From Candidatus Shapirobacteria bacterium (lineage in GTDB: Bacteria > Patescibacteriota > Microgenomatia > UBA12405), in assembly GCA_041658955.1 (NCBI GenBank), contig JBAZZE010000004.1, positions 1 to 57,031 of the forward strand: DNA of 57,031 bases, in the 5' to 3' direction. Of the stretch, positions 37,088 through 45,546 are shown piece after piece. Each line of letters opens with the position of its first letter. The stretch's first letter is position 1. The position numbers were made by a program, and so were the translations under genes. The notes beneath the pieces are model-generated. The model did no database searches, was not told the origin of the DNA, and saw nothing but the letters and a program-made list of their open reading frames with translations.

Positions 37088-38867
37088 TATCACCAAAATC
37101 AAACCTATTCGTGATTGGCAAAAGCGCCAAAAGAAAAAACGCTTAGCGCACCAAGCTATCAACGTCACGTTTGGCGAACAAGACCAACTCGACCTTATTT
37201 CCTATGCCGGACTTAAAGAGGAATCGAGCTATTTACAGATAAACGATACTTTTGTCCGAACACTCTTTGTTTCGGGATACCCATATGTTGCCTCTACTGG
37301 CTGGCTTTCAATGCTGGTGAACTTTAACCACAATATTGACATTAATTATCACGTTGAACAGATTGATCCTCTCATAGCTCTGCCCAAGCTTAACCGCAAA
37401 ATCACAGAACTTGAGTCCACCAAGCGCACCATGCTCAAAGAAGGACGGGTTATCGGAAGTGAAATCACTGATCCGCTTGAATCTGCCATGGAACTCAAAG
37501 ATAAAATTCAGCGGGGCATGGAAAAACTGTTCCAAGTTTCCATATATATGACTGTCACCGCTGAGAGCTTGGTCGAACTGGATAAAGTGACGAAGCTGTT
37601 AGAAACGGTTATGCAGACAAGGCTTTTCTATATAAAACCCGCGACTTTCCAACAAGTCGAAGCCCTGCAATCAGTCTTACCTCGAGGTGAAAATAAGCTG
37701 GCTCAAAAGAGAAACTTGGATAGCTCAAGTGCTGCGCTTACATTCCCATTTGTGTCCTCCGAACTGGTACAGGAGTCCGGAATCCTCTATGGCATCAACA
37801 AATCGAATAATTCTCTGGTTATCATTGACCGCTACAGTCTAAACAATGCCAACTCCATTATTTTTGCCCAGTCTGGTTCAGGCAAGAGCTTTACTGCCAA
37901 AGTAGAGATCCTGCGTCACCTCATGCAAGGTACAAAAGTCATAGTCATTGATCCAGAACGCGAATATAAGCAACTGGCTAAAAGCGTCAACGGAACCTAT
38001 ATCAAACTATCAAGCACCTCGAAAGAAAAGATTAACCCATTTGATTACTCCCAAACCTCCGTCACGGGTGAGAATAGCCTCGCTGAGCACATACAAGACC
38101 TCACAGAGCTCATATCGCTCATGGTTGGCAGTCTGACTTCGGAAGAGCGGGCAACCGTTGATCGCGCGCTCCTGCAAACATATAAAAATGCGGGCATGAG
38201 TAAACGCAAGAATGGTAGGAAACCAGCGAAAATTGTCTATCCAGTCCTCAAGGATTTCTATAAGGAACTAAAATCAATGAAGCACAAAGACCTCTGTAAC
38301 AGACTTGAGCGGTTTGTAAAAGGCTCACTTGGTGGTGTTTTTGATTCTCAGACAAATATCGAGATGAATAATCGCCTTGTAGTGTTTGATATCAAGGATC
38401 TCAATGAATCACTTCGTCAGATCATGATGATGGTGGTTGCCAATTTCGTCCATAGTGAGGTCAAACAGAACCCACAAAAAAGAATGCTGGTCATTGATGA
38501 GGGTTGGATTCTACTACAGGAGCCAGAAAGCGCCCGATTTATCTCAGGACTTGTCAGGCGCGCCAGAAAATACTATCTGGGGGTCACAATCATTACTCAA
38601 CAAGCAAATGACTTCCTGTCACAGGAGTACGGGAAGGCTATTGCTAGCCAATCTTCGCTTCGTATTCTCATGCGCCAAGATACTACCACCATCAAAAAAG
38701 TGGCGGAAGAATTCCATCTTTCGGCCTTTGAACAGCATTACCTATTAACGTGTGAACGCGGTGAGGCTCTCATCATTGCTGATCAAAACCATGTAGCTGT
38801 AAAAGTGGTTGCCTCCGAAGAAGAGCACCCACTCCTCACAACCGATCCTCGGGAGATCTACATCTGA
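37080..38867 (+). CDS. virB4: VirB4-like conjugation ATPase
   Basis: FAQSGSGKSF, IDPEREY, FDIKDL, LVIDEGW, RRARKY, ITQQ. Confidence 0.9.
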   Translation: MFNITKIKPIRDWQKRQKKKRLAHQAINVTFGEQDQLDLISYAGLKEESSYLQINDTFVRTLFVSGYPYVASTGWLSMLVNFNHNIDINYHVEQIDPLIALPKLNRKITELESTKRTMLKEGRVIGSEITDPLESAMELKDKIQRGMEKLFQVSIYMTVTAESLVELDKVTKLLETVMQTRLFYIKPATFQQVEALQSVLPRGENKLAQKRNLDSSSAALTFPFVSSELVQESGILYGINKSNNSLVIIDRYSLNNANSIIFAQSGSGKSFTAKVEILRHLMQGTKVIVIDPEREYKQLAKSVNGTYIKLSSTSKEKINPFDYSQTSVTGENSLAEHIQDLTELISLMVGSLTSEERATVDRALLQTYKNAGMSKRKNGRKPAKIVYPVLKDFYKELKSMKHKDLCNRLERFVKGSLGGVFDSQTNIEMNNRLVVFDIKDLNESLRQIMMMVVANFVHSEVKQNPQKRMLVIDEGWILLQEPESARFISGLVRRARKYYLGVTIITQQANDFLSQEYGKAIASQSSLRILMRQDTTTIKKVAEEFHLSAFEQHYLLTCERGEALIIADQNHVAVKVVASEEEHPLLTTDPREIYI

Positions 38868-38868
38868 C

Positions 38869-39477
38869 ATGAATCCAAAACTGTTCCTAACCCTCTGGTC
38901 GTTTCGCAAGGAACTAAAATTCGTATTCCTAGCATTCCTCACTATCCTCATGGTGCCGGTTATCGGGGTCATCTTACTCACCAGAGTAGGTATCAACATC
39001 ATTTCCGATAAATTAGTTGAAAGTAACCCAGTCACACAGTCAATTGAGATCAAAGATCCAACGTCCGGAGAAGTTGTTAAATCCATATCTCCACAGGTCG
39101 CTTGGCCTGTTCACGGGGTAATAACACTAGAATTTGGCCAATCCAGTCTCTATCAAGTCTTTCACACTGGTATTGATATTGCGAACCCCTCAGGGCAAAT
39201 CGGTGATCTTATCAACCCCGCAATGGATGGCGAAGTCATGTATGCTGGAGAAATATTCTGGGGGTATGGAAAGCACGTTATCATTGACCACGGTAACAAT
39301 ATAACGAGCATCTATGGCCACTTAGATAAGATTTTCGTCTACAAAGGCCAGAAAGTAACTATTACAGACACCATTGGGAAAGAGGGACAAACTGGATGGG
39401 CTACCGGACCACACTTACACTTTGAAACGAGGATATATGGGATTCCGGTTAATCCAAGAGTATTTTTAGGCGAATGA
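38869..39477 (+). CDS. M23-family peptidase (cell-wall hydrolase)
   Basis: N-terminal TM, FHTGIDIA, YGHL, TGPHLHFE; start MNPKLF. Confidence 0.9.
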   Translation: MNPKLFLTLWSFRKELKFVFLAFLTILMVPVIGVILLTRVGINIISDKLVESNPVTQSIEIKDPTSGEVVKSISPQVAWPVHGVITLEFGQSSLYQVFHTGIDIANPSGQIGDLINPAMDGEVMYAGEIFWGYGKHVIIDHGNNITSIYGHLDKIFVYKGQKVTITDTIGKEGQTGWATGPHLHFETRIYGIPVNPRVFLGE

Positions 39478-39502
39478 ATAAATACTTTCGTATTGAATTA
39501 TA

Positions 39503-42500
39503 ATGTTTCTAGGGTTATTTATGAGTAAAACTGGTGGAAAAGCAACATATAAGGGAATTAATGCACAGTCATGGGCAGCATTATCATTATTTCTTCAATA
39601 CGTCAGAAGCTCCAATCTTGATCACATAGCTTTTGAACAGGATGAGCTCAAAGACTTTGACTTGGTTTTCTCCTCAGGAAAAAAAATTATTTGTGAATCC
39701 AAAACAGAAAGAGTTACCCATGGTGTCATCAAAGGTATATTAGATAACCTGATTGATAATAAAAAGGTAGGAACTGATGATGAAATACTTATTATTTGCC
39801 AGGATTTAAGTCCAGATGCACAGGGTGATGTTGAAAACGTAAAGTATTTTGAGGAAATAAAGGAGAAATTAAAGAAAAAAGGATTTACTGACCAGCATTT
39901 AGAATTACTACCCAAAATCAAGTTTTGGAAAGTTGATCAAGATACTAATGAATTTATTGTAACGACACTACTTGCTGAAATTCTGGGTGCATGGTTTCCT
40001 GATACAACCTTTGATGAAATAGTAAGCAATATTCTTATTGATAGAGTTTATAAAGGATCTCAACTAGGTAAAACATTTACGAAGGATGAGTTTTACAAGC
40101 AGATTGATGAGAGAAAAAAACAGGTTCAAGATGATGCAGGCTATAAAGATGAACAAAAGGAAAAAATAGAAAGAATAAATAAATTGCTCACAGCAATTGA
40201 TAGTCCAACCAGCCAAGACTGGTGCAATAACGAAATAACTCTTCTTACTACCACTCCTGATCTCTATTACCTCACAATAAAAAAGCTAGACGGTCTTCCA
40301 AATCTTAATCTACCTCAATGGGATAACTTATGGAAAGCAGCAGCCAGAGGAACATTCTCGATAAATGTTTTCGAAATTTTCCAAAAGAATGTAAATGATC
40401 CAGAAAACCAGGAATATTTAATCAACTTTTTACCAACAGTTATTGAAAGGATATTAAGTTTTTATAGGCAAGAATTTATTGTTGTGGACATTGTGAAGAT
40501 CTGTTCAGCAATTCTTGACCAGACACACAAGTACGACAAACAAATATTTGAAATACTAAAAAGCTTAATCGAGGTCAATACCAAAGAGGTCTTCTTTATC
40601 AAAAAATCACATCGTAAGGAATGGGAGCAAGAACAAACAACGGAGGCGTTAGAAAAACTTTATCAGAAAGCAGAAGAGAGTGTTAAAAAAGAAATTGTCG
40701 CCTTTATTTTTATGTTTTTTGATTTGGTGAGTGATGATGGTGAGTACTGGCACTATACCCCAGACTCCATTTTTGGAATCCTCAAAATACATACGGAAGC
40801 TGATGTTGAGTCTAGAATTATATCTTTATCGGAAGAACTGTCAAAACAATATGAGAAATTTTATAACAGACATGGCAGAAGATCCACATATCAGGGCTGG
40901 GAACACATGGGTTTTACAAATACTGATAGGCATTTTATTACTCATATATTGCAGCCAATATTAACTCAGTATTATGCAGCTAATCCTGATGCAGCGTGGA
41001 AATTTATTACCGAAAAATTAATTACAGTAAAACAAGATTTAGTATCAGCAGAGAAACCAGATTATTTAAATAGAGCTTCTGTTCCAGTAATAATTAGTGC
41101 TTATTTAGATCCTAAATATAAAAAGGAAGCACTCGCAATAATCAAAGACTTTGTAGAAATGCGAAAAGGAATTCCTCATAAGACAGAGCTGATTTACAAG
41201 CAAGTAGGCGGAGACGCGTTTTCTGATGATCAAAAATGGGAACTTGTAAAATTACAACTCGATTATGAACCATACAAAGGCATCCCTGCTAATGATCATG
41301 TAGAAAAAATAGTTAGTGAGTTAGCAAATAAAGGACATGAGGATGCATTAGCTGCTTTGGAGGCATGGGGAAAAAACCCTGAGTATAATAAGTTTCGAGG
41401 AGTTCTAGAAGGAAATATTACTTCAAATGTTCCAGGTCTACTTGCGAACCCAAAGACGAAGAGCAGGGGCATAGCCATTTTAAGAGAGTTTCTCAAAAGT
41501 GACTATTTCATAAATAAACAGGGAGAGTGGGACGTATGGCAAACAGCTAGAGTTTTATCACAGGTTTTGGTTGAAGACTTTGAAGAAGGAAAGGCAATTA
41601 TCCAGGAAATATGGGTTCAAGATTCACTCACTCATAATCAGCAGATTGTAATTACTAGTAGTATTAATGACATTGAAAATAATGATAGTTTAATTGCAAG
41701 AATTTATGATGAGATAGTTTCATCTTGGCTCACTGATTGTAAAGATGATGTAAAACTTTTTATAGCAAAAATACCTGATGTCCAATCAAGATTGTCCGTT
41801 GTTCGATATGGAGACAAACTAGCAAAGGCAAAAAAGTATGAAGGTGCAATAAAAATTGCCAGATTCTTTATTGATGATCCAGATCCGACTTTAGAAAACG
41901 ATCCTAATGACCCAGAAGGAAAACACAATCTCCATGAGCAGGTTAAAAAGGGCAAGGACGTAAATGAGATTACTACAATTAGAGCCTCAGTCGCATGGAT
42001 ATTACAAAGTATAGCCATATTGCCAGGGCGTGATTATATTCCTGAGATTATTCCGCTAGTAGAAAAACTAACTAAAGACGAAAATTATTACGTAAGGGCG
42101 TACGCTTGTATCCCATTAGAACAGCTAATGACCGTAAGGCATACTGTTTTACCCACTGATTCCACGGAAAGATTCCTCAGTATTGAGGTTGCAAATGAAA
42201 TTGAGCGGATCGCTTATGCAATGTTGCGAAATAAAGAGAACTGGGGACTAGAACAAATAATGATGGGAATTTTGAGACTTTTTTATAACGTTAGAAGCGT
42301 TACCACTGAGGAGGCAAAGGAAATATTGAATACTTTCTTGGAAACTAAGAATGACAAAATTATTGAAGAAGCCAGAAGCTTATTTATTTTCTTTGCAGAG
42401 TTTAGAGCAGGTGCAATCGATGAGGAGAAACTGAAATACGTTTATAGCAAAGAAAGAATAGCAGAGTTAACGGATTTTGATGATACTTACTTCAAGGAAT

Positions 42501-43060
42501 TGCTTATTAAAATCTTAACCGATTCATCAAGTGAAGTTAAGGCAGGGCTTGCTTGGGCATTTTGGCACTTACCAAAAGAACAGGGAGTTAATTTTGAAAA
42601 CTGTTTTGCAATTGCCTATAAATATCTTCTAATCCTCGCTGATTCTTATGAGCATGAAGTTATGACAAATATCTATTATTTCATTGAAGAAAATTTTGAG
42701 CATAAGTTTGAAGAATGTTTTGAACTTTGGAAAAAATGCTTAACTGTAGAAAGACCATATTTGCAAGGAAAAATCACAAAAGATAATCTTTACGAAATGC
42801 ACTGGTGGCCATTTCATTACAATGGCAAGATCCTTGTCAAAATTGCAGACGAGAAAGGTGATGAAGAGTTTTTAGAATGGGTCGATTATCTAGCTGACTA
42901 TCCAGAAGGTGTCATTATTGCAAATGATTTAGATCTTGTTATTGATAGACTTGCCAATCTTCCTATCACTGATAAAGCAAAGTCTGTTTTTGAGAAACTA
43001 GTTACTCGAAATCCACAGTATTTTGTAAAAATGAAAAGTTGGTTAGCAGTTATCTCGTAA
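39503..43060 (+). CDS. 1185-aa protein: N-terminal PD-(D/E)xK (Cap4/DUF4297-like) nuclease plus long HEAT-like helical region; candidate antiphage protein
   Basis: GGKATYKGINAQ...FEQDELKDFDL...IICESK; HEAT-like LTKDENYYVRAYA and LTDSSSEVKAGLAW; no canonical Walker A seen. Confidence 0.7.
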   Translation: MFLGLFMSKTGGKATYKGINAQSWAALSLFLQYVRSSNLDHIAFEQDELKDFDLVFSSGKKIICESKTERVTHGVIKGILDNLIDNKKVGTDDEILIICQDLSPDAQGDVENVKYFEEIKEKLKKKGFTDQHLELLPKIKFWKVDQDTNEFIVTTLLAEILGAWFPDTTFDEIVSNILIDRVYKGSQLGKTFTKDEFYKQIDERKKQVQDDAGYKDEQKEKIERINKLLTAIDSPTSQDWCNNEITLLTTTPDLYYLTIKKLDGLPNLNLPQWDNLWKAAARGTFSINVFEIFQKNVNDPENQEYLINFLPTVIERILSFYRQEFIVVDIVKICSAILDQTHKYDKQIFEILKSLIEVNTKEVFFIKKSHRKEWEQEQTTEALEKLYQKAEESVKKEIVAFIFMFFDLVSDDGEYWHYTPDSIFGILKIHTEADVESRIISLSEELSKQYEKFYNRHGRRSTYQGWEHMGFTNTDRHFITHILQPILTQYYAANPDAAWKFITEKLITVKQDLVSAEKPDYLNRASVPVIISAYLDPKYKKEALAIIKDFVEMRKGIPHKTELIYKQVGGDAFSDDQKWELVKLQLDYEPYKGIPANDHVEKIVSELANKGHEDALAALEAWGKNPEYNKFRGVLEGNITSNVPGLLANPKTKSRGIAILREFLKSDYFINKQGEWDVWQTARVLSQVLVEDFEEGKAIIQEIWVQDSLTHNQQIVITSSINDIENNDSLIARIYDEIVSSWLTDCKDDVKLFIAKIPDVQSRLSVVRYGDKLAKAKKYEGAIKIARFFIDDPDPTLENDPNDPEGKHNLHEQVKKGKDVNEITTIRASVAWILQSIAILPGRDYIPEIIPLVEKLTKDENYYVRAYACIPLEQLMTVRHTVLPTDSTERFLSIEVANEIERIAYAMLRNKENWGLEQIMMGILRLFYNVRSVTTEEAKEILNTFLETKNDKIIEEARSLFIFFAEFRAGAIDEEKLKYVYSKERIAELTDFDDTYFKELLIKILTDSSSEVKAGLAWAFWHLPKEQGVNFENCFAIAYKYLLILADSYEHEVMTNIYYFIEENFEHKFEECFELWKKCLTVERPYLQGKITKDNLYEMHWWPFHYNGKILVKIADEKGDEEFLEWVDYLADYPEGVIIANDLDLVIDRLANLPITDKAKSVFEKLVTRNPQYFVKMKSWLAVIS

Positions 43061-43101
43061 TAATATTATTATTAACTTACAAAAATATATACAATGAGAA
43101 T

Positions 43102-43821
43102 ATGGCATCATTTTACGGTCATCCCAGCCGATATCTCAATACAAATAGAACTATTAGTAAATACGGTGCATTGGCTTATCTAATTCACTTCACCATCATT
43201 ATTGGAATAGTCATCTGGAGATTGTCGATAGCCTCATTTTCATTGCCCGCAGTATTCGCTATTACACTCGTATTTGGGCCATTACTGCTCGTTACAGACT
43301 CCCTGATGAGAAAAGAAGAGTCTTTGATGTATAAATTCCGCAGTGGAATCGTCGGTGAAAAGTTCATTGGTGATGAATTAAAAAAGCTGGATGCTAGCTA
43401 TACAGTTTTTCAAGATATCCACGTACCGGGAAAGAAAGAAAATATAGATTTTGTTGTTGTCGGACCAACGGGTATTCACGCTATAGAAGTCAAAAATCAT
43501 CATGGAACGGTAGGATTTAATGGTGACGAGCTTACCCTAAATCAAAAATCATTTGAAAAGGACTTTTTACGCCAAACCATGAGGGAAGCTACTTCACTTC
43601 ATGATTATTTGATTTCGTCTCGTATCACCAACGCATTCGTCATTCCGATTATAGTTTTCTCTCATCGCTTTGCTATTGTTCGATTCGGGATTCAACCAAT
43701 TAAAAATGTTCGTGTTATACAATATCGCTGGCTAATAAAGATGATTACCAGTGAGCCAAGAAGCTATCCAGATCAGCGAACAGTCGATTTATTAAAGGCT
43801 ACATATACTAGCGCCATATGA
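43102..43821 (+). CDS. 2-TM NERD-domain nuclease
   Basis: Two TM helices, GIVGEKFI, NIDFVVVGPTGIHAIEVKN. Confidence 0.82.
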   Translation: MASFYGHPSRYLNTNRTISKYGALAYLIHFTIIIGIVIWRLSIASFSLPAVFAITLVFGPLLLVTDSLMRKEESLMYKFRSGIVGEKFIGDELKKLDASYTVFQDIHVPGKKENIDFVVVGPTGIHAIEVKNHHGTVGFNGDELTLNQKSFEKDFLRQTMREATSLHDYLISSRITNAFVIPIIVFSHRFAIVRFGIQPIKNVRVIQYRWLIKMITSEPRSYPDQRTVDLLKATYTSAI

Positions 43822-44114
43822 CATACCAAGTATTTGTTGATGATAACTTTCACTTCATGGACGAGAGTGAGAGGTACTTGCATGGTGAATTTGACACCTG
43901 TGAGGAAGCGATTGTTGCCTGCAAGAAGATTGTTGATGACTGCCTGAAAAGCTCGTATCAACCAAAAATGAGTGCAGACCAGTTATATGAATCGTATATT
44001 GGGTTTGGTGATGATCCATTCATCAAATGTGATGATAAATCATGTGACTTTCATGCGAGGGATTATGCAAAATCACGGTGCCAAGCAATTATCGACGAGA
44101 AAATAACTAGTTAA
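43818..44114 (+). CDS. Small acidic hypothetical protein (98 aa)
   Basis: ATGA-coupled to the NERD gene; YQVFVDDNFHFMDESERY. Confidence 0.65.
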   Translation: MTYQVFVDDNFHFMDESERYLHGEFDTCEEAIVACKKIVDDCLKSSYQPKMSADQLYESYIGFGDDPFIKCDDKSCDFHARDYAKSRCQAIIDEKITS

Positions 44115-44341
44115 TTGGATAATTTGTCTTCAGATTTCAAGTCACGAGCTTTAATACCCATAAAGGTATCTGAAGTTTTAAGAAGCTCGGCGAACTCTGC
44201 AACATTTTCTTTGTGGTCAGGGTCAAGAACATCGAGAATTTTTTGTACATCACCCACGTTGTTTACATCCAAATTGTGATCGTGTGCATATTGGAGCGCA
44301 TCGATGACTAGTTCTGACTTTTTGGTTACTGTATCGTTCAT
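44111..44341 (-). CDS. Small hypothetical protein (76 aa)
   Basis: ATGA overlap with the PLD stop; SD AAGGAGG. Confidence 0.65.
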   Translation of the reverse strand: MNDTVTKKSELVIDALQYAHDHNLDVNNVGDVQKILDVLDPDHKENVAEFAELLKTSDTFMGIKARDLKSEDKLSN

Positions 44342-44859
44342 ATTTCCTCCTTAGTATAACAAATATTTTGTATTTCTCTGACATGATCATATTTTAGAAA
44401 GGAAAACAGGTCTTTAGCCTTCTTCTCATCATCCTCGCGCTCCATAAGTTCACGGCTATTCTTGTGTGACAAAATGTTAAGACTGCCTTTCCAGACGATC
44501 CTACGGTCAATCATGGCTAATTTCCTATGGTGAGTCTTGCTCATAAATACTTGTACGCCTATTTTTTCAAAAAACTGGATTCCTGCCTCAGCTTGTTCGG
44601 ACATGAACGAATCGTGCTCTTCGGGATGCCGAGTTATGATAAACACAGCTATTTTGCGCTCCATAAGTGACTCAAAGACGTGCTTCAGATTTCGCAGCTT
44701 TGGAACGGTGATAAATGGACTTTCAATAATTACTTCATGTTTTGCCTGAGCCAAATCACGCTCGAATTGATAGTAAAAGGAGTTTTCATCTGCTAAAATA
44801 ACGTTTGCAGTCTGGCGAGAGTCAGATTGAGAGCCCATATAGGACGAATTGTAACTCAT
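44338..44859 (-). CDS. Single-HKD phospholipase D-family nuclease
   Basis: IESPFIT, HRKLAMID (HxKxxxxD), WKGSLN; no signal peptide. Confidence 0.85.
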   Translation of the reverse strand: MSYNSSYMGSQSDSRQTANVILADENSFYYQFERDLAQAKHEVIIESPFITVPKLRNLKHVFESLMERKIAVFIITRHPEEHDSFMSEQAEAGIQFFEKIGVQVFMSKTHHRKLAMIDRRIVWKGSLNILSHKNSRELMEREDDEKKAKDLFSFLKYDHVREIQNICYTKEEI

Positions 44860-44969
44860 AGCTTTTTCTCCTTCTTAAAGTGAGCAATAGCGATGATAAG
44901 ACTAGCTTTCTCTTTTGGATTAATCGAGGAGGTTAGATAGGTTCCAACATCGTCCCAGATGGTGCACAT
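44856..44969 (-). other. Orphan 3' end of the integrase gene (attR side): (M)CTIWDDVGTYLTSSINPKEKASLIIAIAHFKKEKKL*
   Basis: Open frame 44969-44856; its TGA overlaps the PLD ATG; in frame with integrase codon C543 across the GCAC core. Confidence 0.75.
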
Positions 44970-44983
44970 TAAGTCTTAGACAC

Positions 44984-45054
44984 TGCCCCGTCGTCTAATG
45001 GTAGGACAGCAGCCTTTGGAGCTGTTTACTGTGGTTCGAATCCATGCGGGGCAA
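44984..45054 (+). tRNA. tRNA-Gln(TTG)
   Basis: TGCCCCG/CGGGGCA stem, GCAGC-CTTTGGA-GCTGT, GGTTCGAATCC. Confidence 0.95.
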
Positions 45055-45063
45055 CACTAAAGT

Positions 45064-45510
45064 ATGAATATTAAACGCGATCGTGAGTTTATTAGTAAGC
45101 GTAATAAGATTTCACTGTTTCACAGAAACTTTATTGTTATTTTCTTGACGGTTATTTCAACAATTGCTTTGATTGCTATTCCGAATATTCCGAAAGAATG
45201 GATAAAGAACGGTGATTTACTTAAGATATCTTTTTTACTACTACTTGTCGATATTGTAATCATTCCGATCTATACACAGTATAGAAATAATAGAGATTTA
45301 GATAATTTGGATAAGTTAATTAGTGCTAATCGTGCAAATAAACCAGAAACTGAAATTGAGAAAATTGTGGAAAAGTCGCACTGGAACGAATACTTATCAG
45401 AGTTGGTGGTATTTCTTTATGTAGTGTCTATTATTCTCATTTTTCTTGCCATAGACCCATTTTCATTCTCAACTTTGCTTGAAAACTTCGTAAAATTTTG
45501 GAAAGGTTAA
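45064..45510 (+). CDS. 3-TM membrane protein of unknown function
   Basis: Three hydrophobic segments. Confidence 0.65.
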   Translation: MNIKRDREFISKRNKISLFHRNFIVIFLTVISTIALIAIPNIPKEWIKNGDLLKISFLLLLVDIVIIPIYTQYRNNRDLDNLDKLISANRANKPETEIEKIVEKSHWNEYLSELVVFLYVVSIILIFLAIDPFSFSTLLENFVKFWKG

Positions 45511-45546
45511 TAAAGAATTGAATAGAATTGTTTTGTATAATGCGGT

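Larger units (their letters stand above)
13634..44967. mobile_element. Integrative conjugative element (31,330-bp unit) inserted at the 3' end of tRNA-Leu(GAG)
   Basis: Serine recombinase at left end, T4CP, Replic_Relax, T4SS operon and defence cargo; GCAC direct repeat at 13634-13637 and 44964-44967; joined ends give palindrome ATGGTGCACCAT and an in-frame integrase tail. Confidence 0.88.

Noticed and set aside
39503-43060. Canonical Avs/STAND NTPase
   Set aside because: No GxxxxGK[ST] Walker A or Walker B found by eye; GSQLGKT has the wrong spacing
26871-44859. DISARM (SNF2 + adenine MTase + PLD)
   Set aside because: No DrmA helicase or DUF1998 DrmB; the MTase is followed by a type III Res; the PLD is 10 kb away at the att end
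44860-44983. Long duplicated tRNA 3' end as a classic attR
   Set aside because: No long copy of the tRNA-Leu 3' end is visible; only the 4-bp GCAC core is shared
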